Shown here: positions 25,630 to 38,924 of the stretch, piece by piece
Position numbering within the stretch: the first letter of the stretch is position 1
Layout of the letters: every line of letters begins with the position of its first letter
Notes under the pieces: generated by a model
Database searches by the model: none
Told to the model about the DNA's origin: nothing
The model's input: the letters and a program-made list of their open reading frames with translations, nothing else
Program-made: the position numbers and the translations under genes
DNA from: Eledone cirrhosa
Lineage: Eukaryota
Assembly: GCA_964016885.1 (NCBI GenBank)
Contig: OZ024743.1
Location: 148,118,001-148,182,000 of the forward strand
Direction: 5' to 3'
Length of the DNA stretch: 64,000 nt

Positions 25630-25810
25630 ACTGTTTCTACTTTAGGCACAAGACCAGCAATTACCCAGTGCATTACTGGTACTTTATTTTATCGACCCCG
25701 TAAGGATGAAAGGCAAAGTCAACCTCGGCGGGATTTGAACTCATCGTAAAGGGACGTAACTATGCTGGAAAGCATGGTGTCTGACCCTCTACCGATACTG
25801 CCAATCCACC
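25630..25810 (-). mobile_element. tRNA-derived SINE
   Basis: Full-length family copy nested in a P6 remnant. Confidence 0.9.
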
Positions 25811-25833
25811 ATGTTCATTCATGTTCCCCATCT

Positions 25834-26357
<524 letters not shown>

Positions 26358-26521
26358 AGATGAGAACATATATATATATATTATATATATATATATTATA
26401 TATTCAAAATTAAATTCAATTAATTTAAGGGTGTCATGTCAGAGAGACATGCGCCATATCCACTGTAGAATATGCTCCAAGATTCCAATGAATAGATCCG
26501 ACCATTTTATATCAACTATAA

Positions 26522-26555
<34 letters not shown>

Positions 26556-26746
26556 ACGTGTGTGTGTGTGTGTGTCTGTGTGTGTCTGTGTGTCTCTGTC
26601 TGTCTCACCACACACACACACACACTCACATACACATGTGTCAGTGCGAGAGTTTCTGCGTGTATGGGCATGGGGCATCTCTTCAGCTATGTGGAGTAAT
26701 TTTCTGTACATTCAGGTACTGCGACATTGCTTGGAAAGGTTAGTAT

Positions 26747-26794
<48 letters not shown>

Positions 26795-28240
26795 GAGAGT
26801 GTGTGTGTGTGTGTTTGTGTTTGTTTGTTTGTGTGTATGTGTGTGCGTGTGTGTTTGTGTATGTGTTTGTTTGTCTATACGTGACGAATTAAGACAGTCC
26901 AATCAAATCAAACAAATCATATGCAGTCAAGAGACAAAAATGGTGGGCGTAGGTGGTGCAATGTATAGTACAGTACAGGGTCGACAAAGCACCAAGAACT
27001 CTTCCGTAGGTGTTTTAGATTTAGGTAACTCTTCTGTCTTTCGTTTCCTTCTAATTACAAAGATAAATTATATCAAAATAGACTTTACTAACCCCTTCCT
27101 TTCTTTTATTCTTTCTTTCTTTCTTTCTTTCTTTCGTTATTTATTTATTTATTTCTATATTTTTCTTTATCTATTTATTTCTCATTCGTTCTCTATATCT
27201 ACCTTTCACCGTCTTTCGGTAGCAAGGTCTATTTTTGTTGTTGTGCGGCCAAAATATCAGCCCTGATTAGGCGGGCCAAGGGCGTTGCAACCACCTCCAT
27301 CCCATCTTATATTTAAATAGTGCGTGTGTGTGTGGGGGGGGGGGGGGGGGGGGTAAATTACCTAATATATTCATCCTTTTTATGAGATAAAGAGGAGCTG
27401 ATTTTAAAAAAGGTTTGACTATTATTTCTGGCAACTTGAGCGATCGTATACACACTCCCTTCTTGACACGAACGGAATCCGTAGAAGTGATAAGCACTAC
27501 CTCTTATTAAGAGCAAATAAATAAATAGATAATGCAATAAATGAAACGAATAAAGAAATAAGAGCAAATTGAATGAAAAATTGTAAAAAATTCTATTACT
27601 AAATAATATAAACCTGTTAAACGTAGATATAAACATTCATATAAAATATCGATGTAAATTTGATAAAATACAAAAAGCCAAAACTAAAAAAAAAAACGGA
27701 AAAAGAAACAAATTCAAAGATTTTCATTAAAAAATCAGTGATTTCTCGATTTCTTTATTATATTTTACACACGTATCGTTTTTATCAACATGTATTCTCA
27801 AATTCGTATATGTGTAAACATATTGTGGGAACCAAATGTTCATTATTGCATGAGAAAACAAAATTAGGTAATCAGCAAGAGTATAATTTAAGTGAGATAC
27901 ACTGAAGTATGTAAAATTATATATCTTTGATATGAAAAAAGCACAACTTCATACTGAGGTAATTTTCTTATTTTACTTTTTAATATGTATTAGACAGAAA
28001 ATGAAGAGCTGGATTTATAACATTTTTAAGGGGTCTCTGAGACAAGAGGGAGAAAAGATACTTCATACGGAAGATCTAATCTCAATAACTGACAGAGGGT
28101 CGACACCATTGAGAGCAATAAAAACTTGTTTTATCGGGCAATGGACCGAGTCCCAACTACGAATACCTACAATCTACCTGTCTATCTAATTGCAGTTGAC
28201 CCAAGACTATGACACACACATATATACATATGGTGTGTGC

Positions 28241-28283
<43 letters not shown>

Positions 28284-28295
28284 AGTGCGTGTGTG

Positions 28296-28900
28296 CAGAG
28301 TTGTTCAGTTCTATGAGGACACGTATTTCATTAGCACTAACTTATTTCTAACTTGGCCTGACTATCAATTATTTTCCGATAAATGATGAGAGACATGAAA
28401 CTAACTGAGGAAATGAAAAGGCATGCAGTAAACGTTGCCTAAACGTTGTAAGATTGAGCGCTTCCTGAAATTTACATGGTCATTTGTTGCTGGAAGCCGC
28501 TGAGGGAGATTCAACACCAGTAACCAGACGTAAACCGCCTCTTATGGGTTCTAATGCCATCAAAACACCAACATTTCTACGAAAGATAAAGAATTTATCG
28601 ATAAGAATCCCAAAACGTCAATTAGAGCCATTCCTAAGGAGTTCAAGATTTCGAGGCACTCTATCGGAAGAATTAAGCATGAGGACCATAACTAGCACAA
28701 TGTCCAAAATAGGTAAAGAGCATCTGACTCGGGCATATCAACATTTCAAACGTCATAATGAAGCAGTCCCCTATGCTAACAGCAGATTCATTGAGATGCA
28801 TCTCAAGATTATTCCTGATTTCTTCTCACATAAAAATGTTCTATGATATATATGTGTCGTTTTCAAATTCACGCAAATATCCTCAAAGAACTGGGTATTA
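28296..28900 (+). mobile_element. Internally deleted Tc1/mariner element
   Basis: Imperfect TIR cagttctatgagga / tcctcaaagaactg; N-terminal MKLTEEMKRHAV and C-terminal RAYQHFKRHNEAV..ANSRFIE resemble Tc1/mariner transposase ends. Confidence 0.6.
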
Positions 28901-29029
28901 TAGTGTTACTTATTTTCTTTCCCTCATCTATTTAAATATACTAGATCTTTAGGTTATTACTATTATTTTAGGTTATTACTATTATTTTATTACTATTATT
29001 TTAGGTTATTACTATTATTTTATTACTAT

Positions 29030-29277
29030 GGCGGTGGATTGGCAGTATCCAGGGTTTATATATTCAACTAACTAGACTACATTATATCTGGTCTGTGGAT
29101 TGGCAGTATCGGTAGAGGGTCGGACGCCATGCTTTCCAGCATAGTTACGTCCCTTTACGATCTGAGTTCAAATCCCGCCGAGGTTGACTTTGCCTTTCAT
29201 CCTTACGGGGTCGATAAAATAAAGTACCAGTAATGCACTGGGTAATTGCTGGCCTTGTGCCTAAAGTAGAAACAATT
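29030..29277 (+). mobile_element. tRNA-derived SINE with duplicated 5' end
   Basis: gtggattggcagtatc occurs at about 29034 and 29095 with 45 unrelated nt between; flanks repeat attactattattttattactat. Confidence 0.88.
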
Positions 29278-30009
29278 ACTATTATTTTATTACTATTATT
29301 TTAGTTTATTACTATTATTTTTGTTTCTCTAAACACCAGCAGCGTTCCCCTCAGCGCAATAAAACAAGCGAAAACACCACAATAACGAACACCAATTGTA
29401 TTTGAGGAAGTCAATGTTAAATGTGTTACCCAAAATATCATTAGATATGCTTTGAAATATATTCAAAACAATGTCAGATTCTGACGATATTATCAACACT
29501 AAATGTAGATTGTTTTTTCTGATTATCTTTGTTAGCTTTTATATATTTTGTTAAGTGAAATTTAATTTCTTGTTTAAAGATGCTTACATATAAACACAAA
29601 CACACATATACATACACACTGACAATTACATATTTACGTTATTTTATATGCATTAACACCTTTAAATATGCGGGTGTTGATATTTCTCAACGCACACACA
29701 AATAGCACACACTAAAACACACACGCGCGCGCGCGCATACACACACACACACACTCAAACATTACTCGCCGCGAATATTTGTAAACATTTGTTCATTAAA
29801 GAGGAAAACAACCATCAGAAATGTCATTATCATTTCTTTTTTGTTTTGTGGCCCCCGATCAGCCCTGGAGCAAAGGCGTTCCAACCATGATCATCCCATC
29901 TTATATTTAGACATACATACATAACATTCTCTTGTCTCTCAACGTAAATCATATATCTATGTATGTTATATAACCACATATGTATTCATTATACATATAC
30001 GTACATAAG

Positions 30010-30196
30010 GGCGGTGGATTGGCAGTATCAGTAGCGGGTCGGACGCCATGCTTTCCAGCATAGTTACGTCCCTTTACGATCTGAGTTCAAATCCCGCCGA
30101 GGTTGACTTTGCCTTTCATCCTTACGGGGTCGATAAAATATAGTACCAGTAATGCACTGGGTAATTGCTGGCCTTGTGCCTAAAGAAGAAACAATT
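30010..30196 (+). mobile_element. tRNA-derived SINE with 18-bp TSD
   Basis: attatacatatacgtaca at 29988-30005 and 30194-30211. Confidence 0.93.
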
Positions 30197-30343
30197 ATAC
30201 ATATACGTACACTCGTTTTCATAAGCAAAAGCCATACTTGTGAAATACATACAAATGCACACAATTACATCTACAACACTGTATGACTGTATTGATGTTA
30301 CATCATGCTAAATTATAATTCAAGTTGTATTGATGCTCTAACA

Positions 30344-30638
30344 CAAAGTTTCTCATAGTGGGCGCAACCGGCCTGGGGGGAGGAGCATTGAGAAGGTCCT
30401 GGTGGTCGCTTGGGCCTAAGAGGGTGGTGAATGGGCGGTAGAGATGGTATAATAGTATATTAAATATCAAATGATACATATTAAATTATACATATAGTAA
30501 AATGAAAAATATATATTTATGTATACATAGTATATATATTATATATTATATATAAATTAACGATTTTATTTATTATATATTATTTACAATTTGTGTGTAT
30601 GCAGGGCATCGGTGGTCCAAAATGTTTGAAAACCTCTG
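30344..30638. mobile_element. Possible hAT-type MITE
   Basis: caaagtttctca.. and ..tttgaaaacctctg resemble CAGTGGTTCTCAA-type TIRs; G-rich subterminal regions. Confidence 0.4.
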
Positions 30639-31533
30639 CAGTAAGATTTCATTGTAGAACACATTCTTGACATCTTAATATAGTTTATATACACCGTAAT
30701 AAACAAACCCAAAATTTAGTAATGACTTTGCTTTGCAGTTATAGTGAAATCAATGAGAAATCTTCTACACCAGAAATATGGAAATTTGTTAGTACCGCAA
30801 GAGAATTGCAAGTGCATAACCGCTTCTGCATATTGAAAAAAATGTATCTGTGGTAAGAAGAAAATTGGTATCTTAAATTTCACCAAATTTATATTGAATT
30901 GCCACTTTGGTTTAAAACATTACTTTGACATGAGATTTCAGAAAACTTTATCAGCGGGCGTTTGCAGAATTGATGTCAGCATAATTTCGCTCTACGTTAT
31001 CACATGTCTTTCTTTACATAGCAATCAGAAGAAGAGGTTTCAGTGCCCAGGGTATTTTTTTCCGAAAGCTTGATCTTAGGAAGGGAAGAAGTTATCTTCA
31101 GATTGGAGACCAGGTTCAACTACTTGCGACACCATCAACTAAAGTCATTAAAGCCAACCCGATAGGGATTAATAGTCAAACCATATCAAATCAAAATCTA
31201 AAGTATTTTCAAAAAGAACAATAGATTGCAAATTCATCACCAAAACGCTTCTAATCATCAGTCCACTTGATCAGGGTAAAAATTAGAGCATGAGAAAATT
31301 CAATTGATTCATTGGTCATCCCTTCATGCACAGGTCTGGTTGAAAATCGATACTCAATGAAGTTGACTCCGCAGTTATACCCTCCCTAATACTATCCGTA
31401 CGCAGGATTTCATGCAGCTACTCAACCTGCTAAAAAGAACACAAAATCTTACTCAAATTACAGTTAATTGTAAAGACAAGACAAATTCGTTTTATGTGTG
31501 ATACTGGATTCCTATCATCAAGTAACAAAGGTA

Positions 31534-31574
31534 GTCACTGAAGAGGTCACAGAATGTCACGAAAGAGCTTTGGC
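31534..31574 (+). ncRNA. Hammerhead, slightly decayed (P5-related solo end extending to about 31680)
   Basis: gtca CTGAAGA g gtcac agaat gtcac GAAA gagc TT tggc; followed by gcaacatgaccctccaaaagtataa terminal motif. Confidence 0.6.
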
Positions 31575-31709
31575 AATCAGCAAATAAACAACACCCGCTT
31601 ATTAAACTAACGGACGGAAAATTCAAATAATAAATTCAAGTGTAATTCAAATGCAACATGACCCTCCAAAAGTATAAAACTATCTGTCAATACATATGAA
31701 TACATACAT

Positions 31710-31781
<72 letters not shown>

Positions 31782-32084
31782 GTGTGTATGTGTCACACGA
31801 TATTTGCACCCGTAACCCGTATCCTTTTCTTAATTCTAACAAGCATCAACTTTACCTTTCATGTTTGGGGATCGATAAATATAGTAGTAGACCAGAGCGG
31901 TGATTAGGCAGAATTGTCAGGAATCGAACCTAACGCGGAGCAGTATCACTTTTATCCCTGCCTTATCCCTTCGACAAAATCGGTGGAGTGAGGTAGACAC
32001 TTGCCTGCACACATGATTTACGGTGTTTTACAGAAAAGCCTTCTCTAGTCCTGCGCTTTGGATTGGGACAGCAAGAGAGGAAGG

Positions 32085-32197
<113 letters not shown>

Positions 32198-32635
32198 TAG
32201 TTAGGCCGGCACATTCGATTATGGTGTACTGAAACCTATACAAATTTAATTCTTACACTCGCAGACAAAGATGATAAACAGGGGAGAAGAACAGGTTTTA
32301 GTGTGCGCCCGTATCCACAAACAATCATCAAATCCGCTTTTATAAGTTCCTGATATATATATTTTTATCTACTGATATTCAATAGAGCTAAGGCAAAGGT
32401 GAAACATATAATTAACCGTCATTGTATATTATTTTATAAATATATATATGTATATTCAAACAGACATATGCGCATACATACCCCCCACTCTCCTGAGCGT
32501 GAATTTAATAAACATTTATCGTACTGCCTCTCTGTTCTGTCCCTGTTCAATTTTTCATTATACATATATATATGTATACACGTATATATATATCTAGGTT
32601 GTGTATATATAAATGTACAAATATGTATGCATGCA

Positions 32636-32710
<75 letters not shown>

Positions 32711-32848
32711 GTACAAATATGTATCCATGGATGTATATGTGTTTATATATATGTGTGTGTGTGTGTAAAGAGAGAGACAGATAGATAGTTAGATTAATAG
32801 ATACATATATGTTTGTGTGTGTATATATTTATTTGTTTACACAAGCAA

Positions 32849-32906
<58 letters not shown>

Positions 32907-32926
32907 TTTATATATATTAGTATATT

Positions 32927-33014
<88 letters not shown>

Positions 33015-33046
33015 TATACTAATATATATAAATATTATTATAAAAT

Positions 33047-33168
33047 ATTATTTCTGAAGACAGTAAGTATGTATATTCCCTCTGATAGTTTGTTAAACTT
33101 TTACATAGATCTATATGATATACATACCAACACAAACATATATATCCTAGAAACGATCGTAAAATGAT
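33047..33168 (+). ncRNA. Hammerhead with about 90-nt stem II region (family P7)
   Basis: attattt CTGAAGA .. GAAA cgatcg TA aaatgat; 7-bp stem I; downstream sequence homologous to the 45625-46009 arms. Confidence 0.6.
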
Positions 33169-33263
33169 GAATTTTTTAATATAAGGAACTGTTTTCTTTG
33201 TTTTTCTTCATTATTTTTATTAATTTATATATATATATATATATTTATATATATTAGTGTATT

Positions 33264-33334
<71 letters not shown>

Positions 33335-33361
33335 TTGTGAGTGTGAAAATATATATATATT

Positions 33362-33402
<41 letters not shown>

Positions 33403-33452
33403 ATACATATATATACATATAATACATATATATATATATATTCACACTCACA

Positions 33453-33537
<85 letters not shown>

Positions 33538-33834
33538 CTTATGTCTCAATACACACATACGCACATACATGCATACATATAACCCACAAACTTTTGTATA
33601 TTTTGATACTTAAATTTATGTCTGTATAATTTTTTAGCCCATCGATCACTTCATGTAGGAATTAACACACGCACGCATGCACACGCATACATAAACACAC
33701 AAGCACAACGAATACACTCTAGCCTTATATATAGAAAACTTTAACGTGCCTGTCATTATCTGTGTGTATATTTATAGCTGTTGGACAAATTTTTTTAAAG
33801 AATTTAAGGAATTTCAGCAAGTGTATGTGCTCTT

Positions 33835-34130
33835 GTATGTATGTATGTATGTATGTATGTATGTATGTATGTATGTATGTATGTATGTATGTATGCATGC
33901 ATGTATGTATGTATATATGCATATATGTGTTAATGTATGTATGTGTATATGTATGTATCTATGTATCTATGCATGTATGTATGTATCTATGCATGTATGT
34001 ATATATGTACGTATGTATGTATCTATGCATGCATGAATCTATGCATGTATGTATGCATGTATGTATGCATGTATGTATGTACGTATGTATACATGCAAGT
34101 ATGTATGCATGTATGTATGTACGCATATAA
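33835..34130. repeat. Degenerate (TATG)n
   Basis: Direct reading. Confidence 0.9.
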
Positions 34131-34174
34131 GTATGTTTGTATATGCATTCTTATAACTATCTATCTATAAATAA

Positions 34175-34219
<45 letters not shown>

Positions 34220-34288
34220 TACATGTAATTCTATATTCATACAAGCATTACCTTCACTCATATTGTACATATTCGCACACAATTTGTT

Positions 34289-34352
<64 letters not shown>

Positions 34353-34371
34353 GATATATATACATATATGC

Positions 34372-34439
<68 letters not shown>

Positions 34440-34444
<5 letters not shown>

Positions 34445-34504
34445 AACGAGTAGGACCCCGACGACTGAGCTTAGCCGTCGGGGTCCTACTCGTTCCTATA
34501 TATA

Positions 34505-34548
<44 letters not shown>

Positions 34549-34681
34549 ACCCCGAGTAGGACCCCGACGACTGAGGTCAGCCGTCGGGGTCCTACTCGTT
34601 CCTATTACCCACTCTACTACCCTAAGTATTGAGTACTTTTGTGCGTTATGTTCCATCTGGTTCCTTACCACATTTCCCTCG

Positions 34682-34683
<2 letters not shown>
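34440..34683. mobile_element. Two P4-family fold-back remnants separated by (TA)n
   Basis: 34440-34499 is a 60-bp palindrome; 34545-34683 is a palindrome plus the same tail as 23458-23535 in reverse. Confidence 0.8.
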
Positions 34684-34753
<70 letters not shown>

Positions 34754-35145
34754 TCCAACAAACTTTGATTATCTCAACTGTTACTCAGAGTTTGATACCT
34801 ATGTTACGAAATCACACCAATGGATCAACATTAGTGTTTACGCTGTAATAAGGAATTTGATCACTAACACTGAAAGTGAGAATATAAATTCGCCTTATTT
34901 TCATGCTCGTAAACTCATGTTAATGTATATGTAAATATTATGCTCAAATAAACACTTATAGGCACATATATCACAGACGCGGTCACACACCAACGCACAC
35001 ATACACATATATATATATTTATATGTTTACATGAATACGTATATATGTGTTGAATAGACATATAGCTATATACTAATATATATAAATATACACATGTATA
35101 TATAGTAGTGCACACACACACGCACACACAGACACACACACATAG

Positions 35146-35275
<130 letters not shown>

Positions 35276-35319
35276 TTATTTATATACACATATAAGTGTA
35301 CGTATATCATACATAAAAA

Positions 35320-35637
35320 CATACATACATACATACATACACACATACATTCATACATACATACATACATACATACATACATACATACATACATACATAC
35401 ATACATACATACATACATACATACATTCATACATACATACATACATACATACATACATACATACATACATACATACATACATACATTCATACATACATAC
35501 ACACATACATACATACACACATACATACATACATACATACATACATACATACATACACACACACATACATACATACATACATACATAAATACATACATAC
35601 ATACATACATACATACATACATACATACATACATACA

Positions 35638-35671
<34 letters not shown>

Positions 35672-35685
35672 CAGACATACATATA
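35320..35685. repeat. (CATA)n microsatellite
   Basis: Direct reading. Confidence 0.95.
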
Positions 35686-36107
35686 CAAACAGAATTACTT
35701 TTTCCAACATTTAAAAAACATAAATAAATAAAAAAATTGCACTAGAAATGTTTCATTGCCCCCACTTCGCCACGTTCTCCATCTGCTTGTCCTGTTAATG
35801 GGGAGATGTGCAGTTTGTGTCAAATATTGAACTGAAACCAGCTAGAATGTAAATATCTGAGGTAACCCTTGAAATATTAATAACAGATTCCATGACACAC
35901 CCGCTGTCTTGAAGCTTTATCCTGCTTTTATTAAATTTGCAATGACATGAGAGTATGTAGGAGGCAGCAGGTAGATGGGCGAGGAGAAACGCACCTTATC
36001 TTTTACTAAATGACAACAGCAATGGAAACTGCTTCTTTTTATTCTGTTATTTGCTTTAAAAAATCATTGTTGTTTTGTTGTTGTTCTTCTTAATATAATT
36101 TACCTTT

Positions 36108-36124
36108 TCTTCTTCTTCTTCTTC

Positions 36125-36165
<41 letters not shown>

Positions 36166-36169
36166 GTTG

Positions 36170-36261
<92 letters not shown>
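36108..36261. repeat. (TTC)n(ATT)n compound microsatellite
   Basis: Direct reading. Confidence 0.95.
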
Positions 36262-36262
<1 letters not shown>

Positions 36263-36878
36263 CACTTTTTGTAAAGTTGTATATTTCGGTAGTCGTTTGT
36301 CCGTATGTGTATATTTGTCTGCTTTTTTTATATATATATATATATATTTTCCTATTTTTCAAAGTTTTAATGTGATTAGGTTGCTGTCTTTTTTTTTTTT
36401 TTTTACGTTTTCTTTGTTTTTATTTTCCCCTTTAGTTTAGTTTTCAACAAATCCCTCTTCGACAAATACAAAATGTAAAAAGAGTTAGAAAGGAGACTAC
36501 ATTTTGCATATTGAAAAATATTGATTTCTTTCATATGAATGAAACCTTAGAATTTATAAGGGAAGGAGAATGAGTACTTGTGATGGACTTGCCTTTTTCA
36601 AGGCCATTAATGTGCTAAGTGAAAGAGTTCCAACACAGACTCAAAAGTGAGAGTCAAAAATTTCTGGCTCCTATGCTGTTATTGGAGCGTTTTAGTGCTC
36701 ACTAATATTGAACAATATTCATCAGTGAAACAGGGTGAAATCTGCTACTTTGAGATTGAACCGAAAAAAAAAATTGTTGACAGTTTCAAAAACTTACGTC
36801 AATGTTGTTATTAACATTATATACATACGTACACATATACACATACGCACATACATACATGCTCATACACACTCATAC

Positions 36879-36918
<40 letters not shown>

Positions 36919-37307
36919 CGGAAGAGAGAAAGTGGGAGAGGGTGGGAGAGAAATGACATCAACAACACAAGGACTGTTTCATTCGTATGAAATCATCCTG
37001 ATGTTTGCATTCGAATGAAACAGTTCTAGTCCTGTAGAATTAATTTCTAGGTATGAATCGAAATGAATCTGCCATATAGCAGGCACTAACCGCGTTGTTT
37101 GAAGCGATCGCAAAGCATTCAATATAGGGTATGTTAATACATTACCGTCCAGAGTATAGATAACAAAAAAGTGTGATAAGAACAACGAGCGAAGGTAGAA
37201 GCCACACATATACCATAAATATATATATGTATATACCATTCATACACACACACACACACATATATATATTTTGCAAGAGATGTCAACATGAATGGACCTA
37301 TTATGAA

Positions 37308-37467
37308 GGTTGGACGCCATGCTTTCTAGCATAGTTACGTCCCTTTACAGTCTGAGTTCAAATCCCGCCAAGGTTAACTTTGCCTTTCATCCTGATGCGG
37401 TCGATAAAATAAAGTACCAGTAATGCACTGGATAATTGCTGGCCTTGTGCCTAAAGTAGAAACAATT
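37308..37467 (+). mobile_element. tRNA-derived SINE, 5'-truncated
   Basis: Family copy lacking the A box, nested in a P6 remnant. Confidence 0.88.
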
Positions 37468-37531
37468 ATTTTTATCTAAACACATTTTTTTCCAATTCCA
37501 TTCCGCCCGTCTCCTTTTATTTCTCATTGTT

Positions 37532-37567
37532 TCTTCTGATGAAAGACTAGCGTCCGAAACGTTAAGA
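37532..37567 (+). ncRNA. Minimal type I hammerhead ribozyme (family P6)
   Basis: tctt CTGATGA aagactagcgtcc GAAA cg TT aaga. Confidence 0.8.
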
Positions 37568-38924
37568 CCCTCTTCCTGCTATATCAAGCGTTAACCTAAT
37601 ATATACCTTCCATATACTGTACCGATACAGTCGCGATAAATAAGAAAAAAAATTGTTTCATAAGAAACAATTTATTCAAAATAAATAAAAATGGAAACTT
37701 AAAAAATTCCTATGTATTGCGACTTTTGGGCCACCCTGTACATATATATGTGTGTGTGTGTGTATTTATATGAATGGTAAATACATGTATATATATTTAT
37801 GGTATATTTATGGACTCTAGCTTCGCTCGTTGTTCTTATCACGCTTTTTTGTGCGCATCTATGGCCATGTCCTGTCCTTGTAGCCACAACACCATGACAT
37901 ACTGGAATCGCAGCTTGGTTACATAATATATTTACAGTTTCTATAGGGAAAAGCTGGCACACACCTCAATAGATATGGCTATCTAACTGATAATGTCTCT
38001 GCAATGACTGGGTATTTGAAGATGTTGTGGTCAATTGCAACTTAACATTGATTGCAAAGATATCAGATGAGATTGATCTCCTGTTTCATTGCATTTTTTG
38101 GGTCATTTTTTTTTTTTGTGTGCTATTACATGCATTAATCTTGTGTAGCTACAATCAGATTTTCTGTTTCTGTACATTTAGTGTCAATCTTTTGAGAAAT
38201 TTTAGTTTTGTATTTTGGCTCAATTCCTCTGTTAATTCTTACGGGATAATGACCATAAAAACATTTTATCTTTGTTATTCTTTTAGTATTTATTACTTAT
38301 GCTTGTTTTAGATTTCTATATTTCTATTGCTCTTTATTTTTGAAATTATCTAAATCTTTTTGTCTTATAGTAATTAACTTTTTGTTCATACTTTATATGT
38401 TATTTTTCATGTTGACCTTTTATTCTAATCAGTCTATTTCTTCCTGTTCTTAAGTAATGTTCTAGTCTATAGGTTGAAAAAAAGAAATAAGAAAAAAAAG
38501 AAAAAAACTGAAACATCAACACAGGATTTTCAGGGTTGTGTGTGTATTCATATTTAAAGGGTGGGTGAATAATGGGATTAGCTCACACAAACAATGAGCC
38601 CTGATGAAGGTGAACGTAAACAATGAGTTGAATAGTGATTAGTAAGGAAATAGATGAGTTGAGTCTTGTTCTATGAGAGCCAGTCAAATATATGCTGCTA
38701 TGTAAAATTAGTATTGGTTGTAATAAATGAATTTAGAGCGAATGCGTAAGTTAAATTTCTTCTTTCCTTTTGTTTTTACGAAAGAGAAAAATATATAGTT
38801 TTACGAAAAAAACATATATAGTCCAATGTGAAAAACAAATGAATGAATAAGATTTGTATAATAACCATTTAGGCATGGTAAATATATTTCATATATATTT
38901 TCTACCTATCTATCTAGCTATCTT

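Noticed and set aside
37160-37852. 45-bp inverted match (37160-37204 versus 37810-37852)
   Set aside because: Probably two fragments of an unidentified repeat; no further structure seen
38601-38660. CTGATGA as a hammerhead
   Set aside because: No convincing stem II or GAAA-UH arrangement
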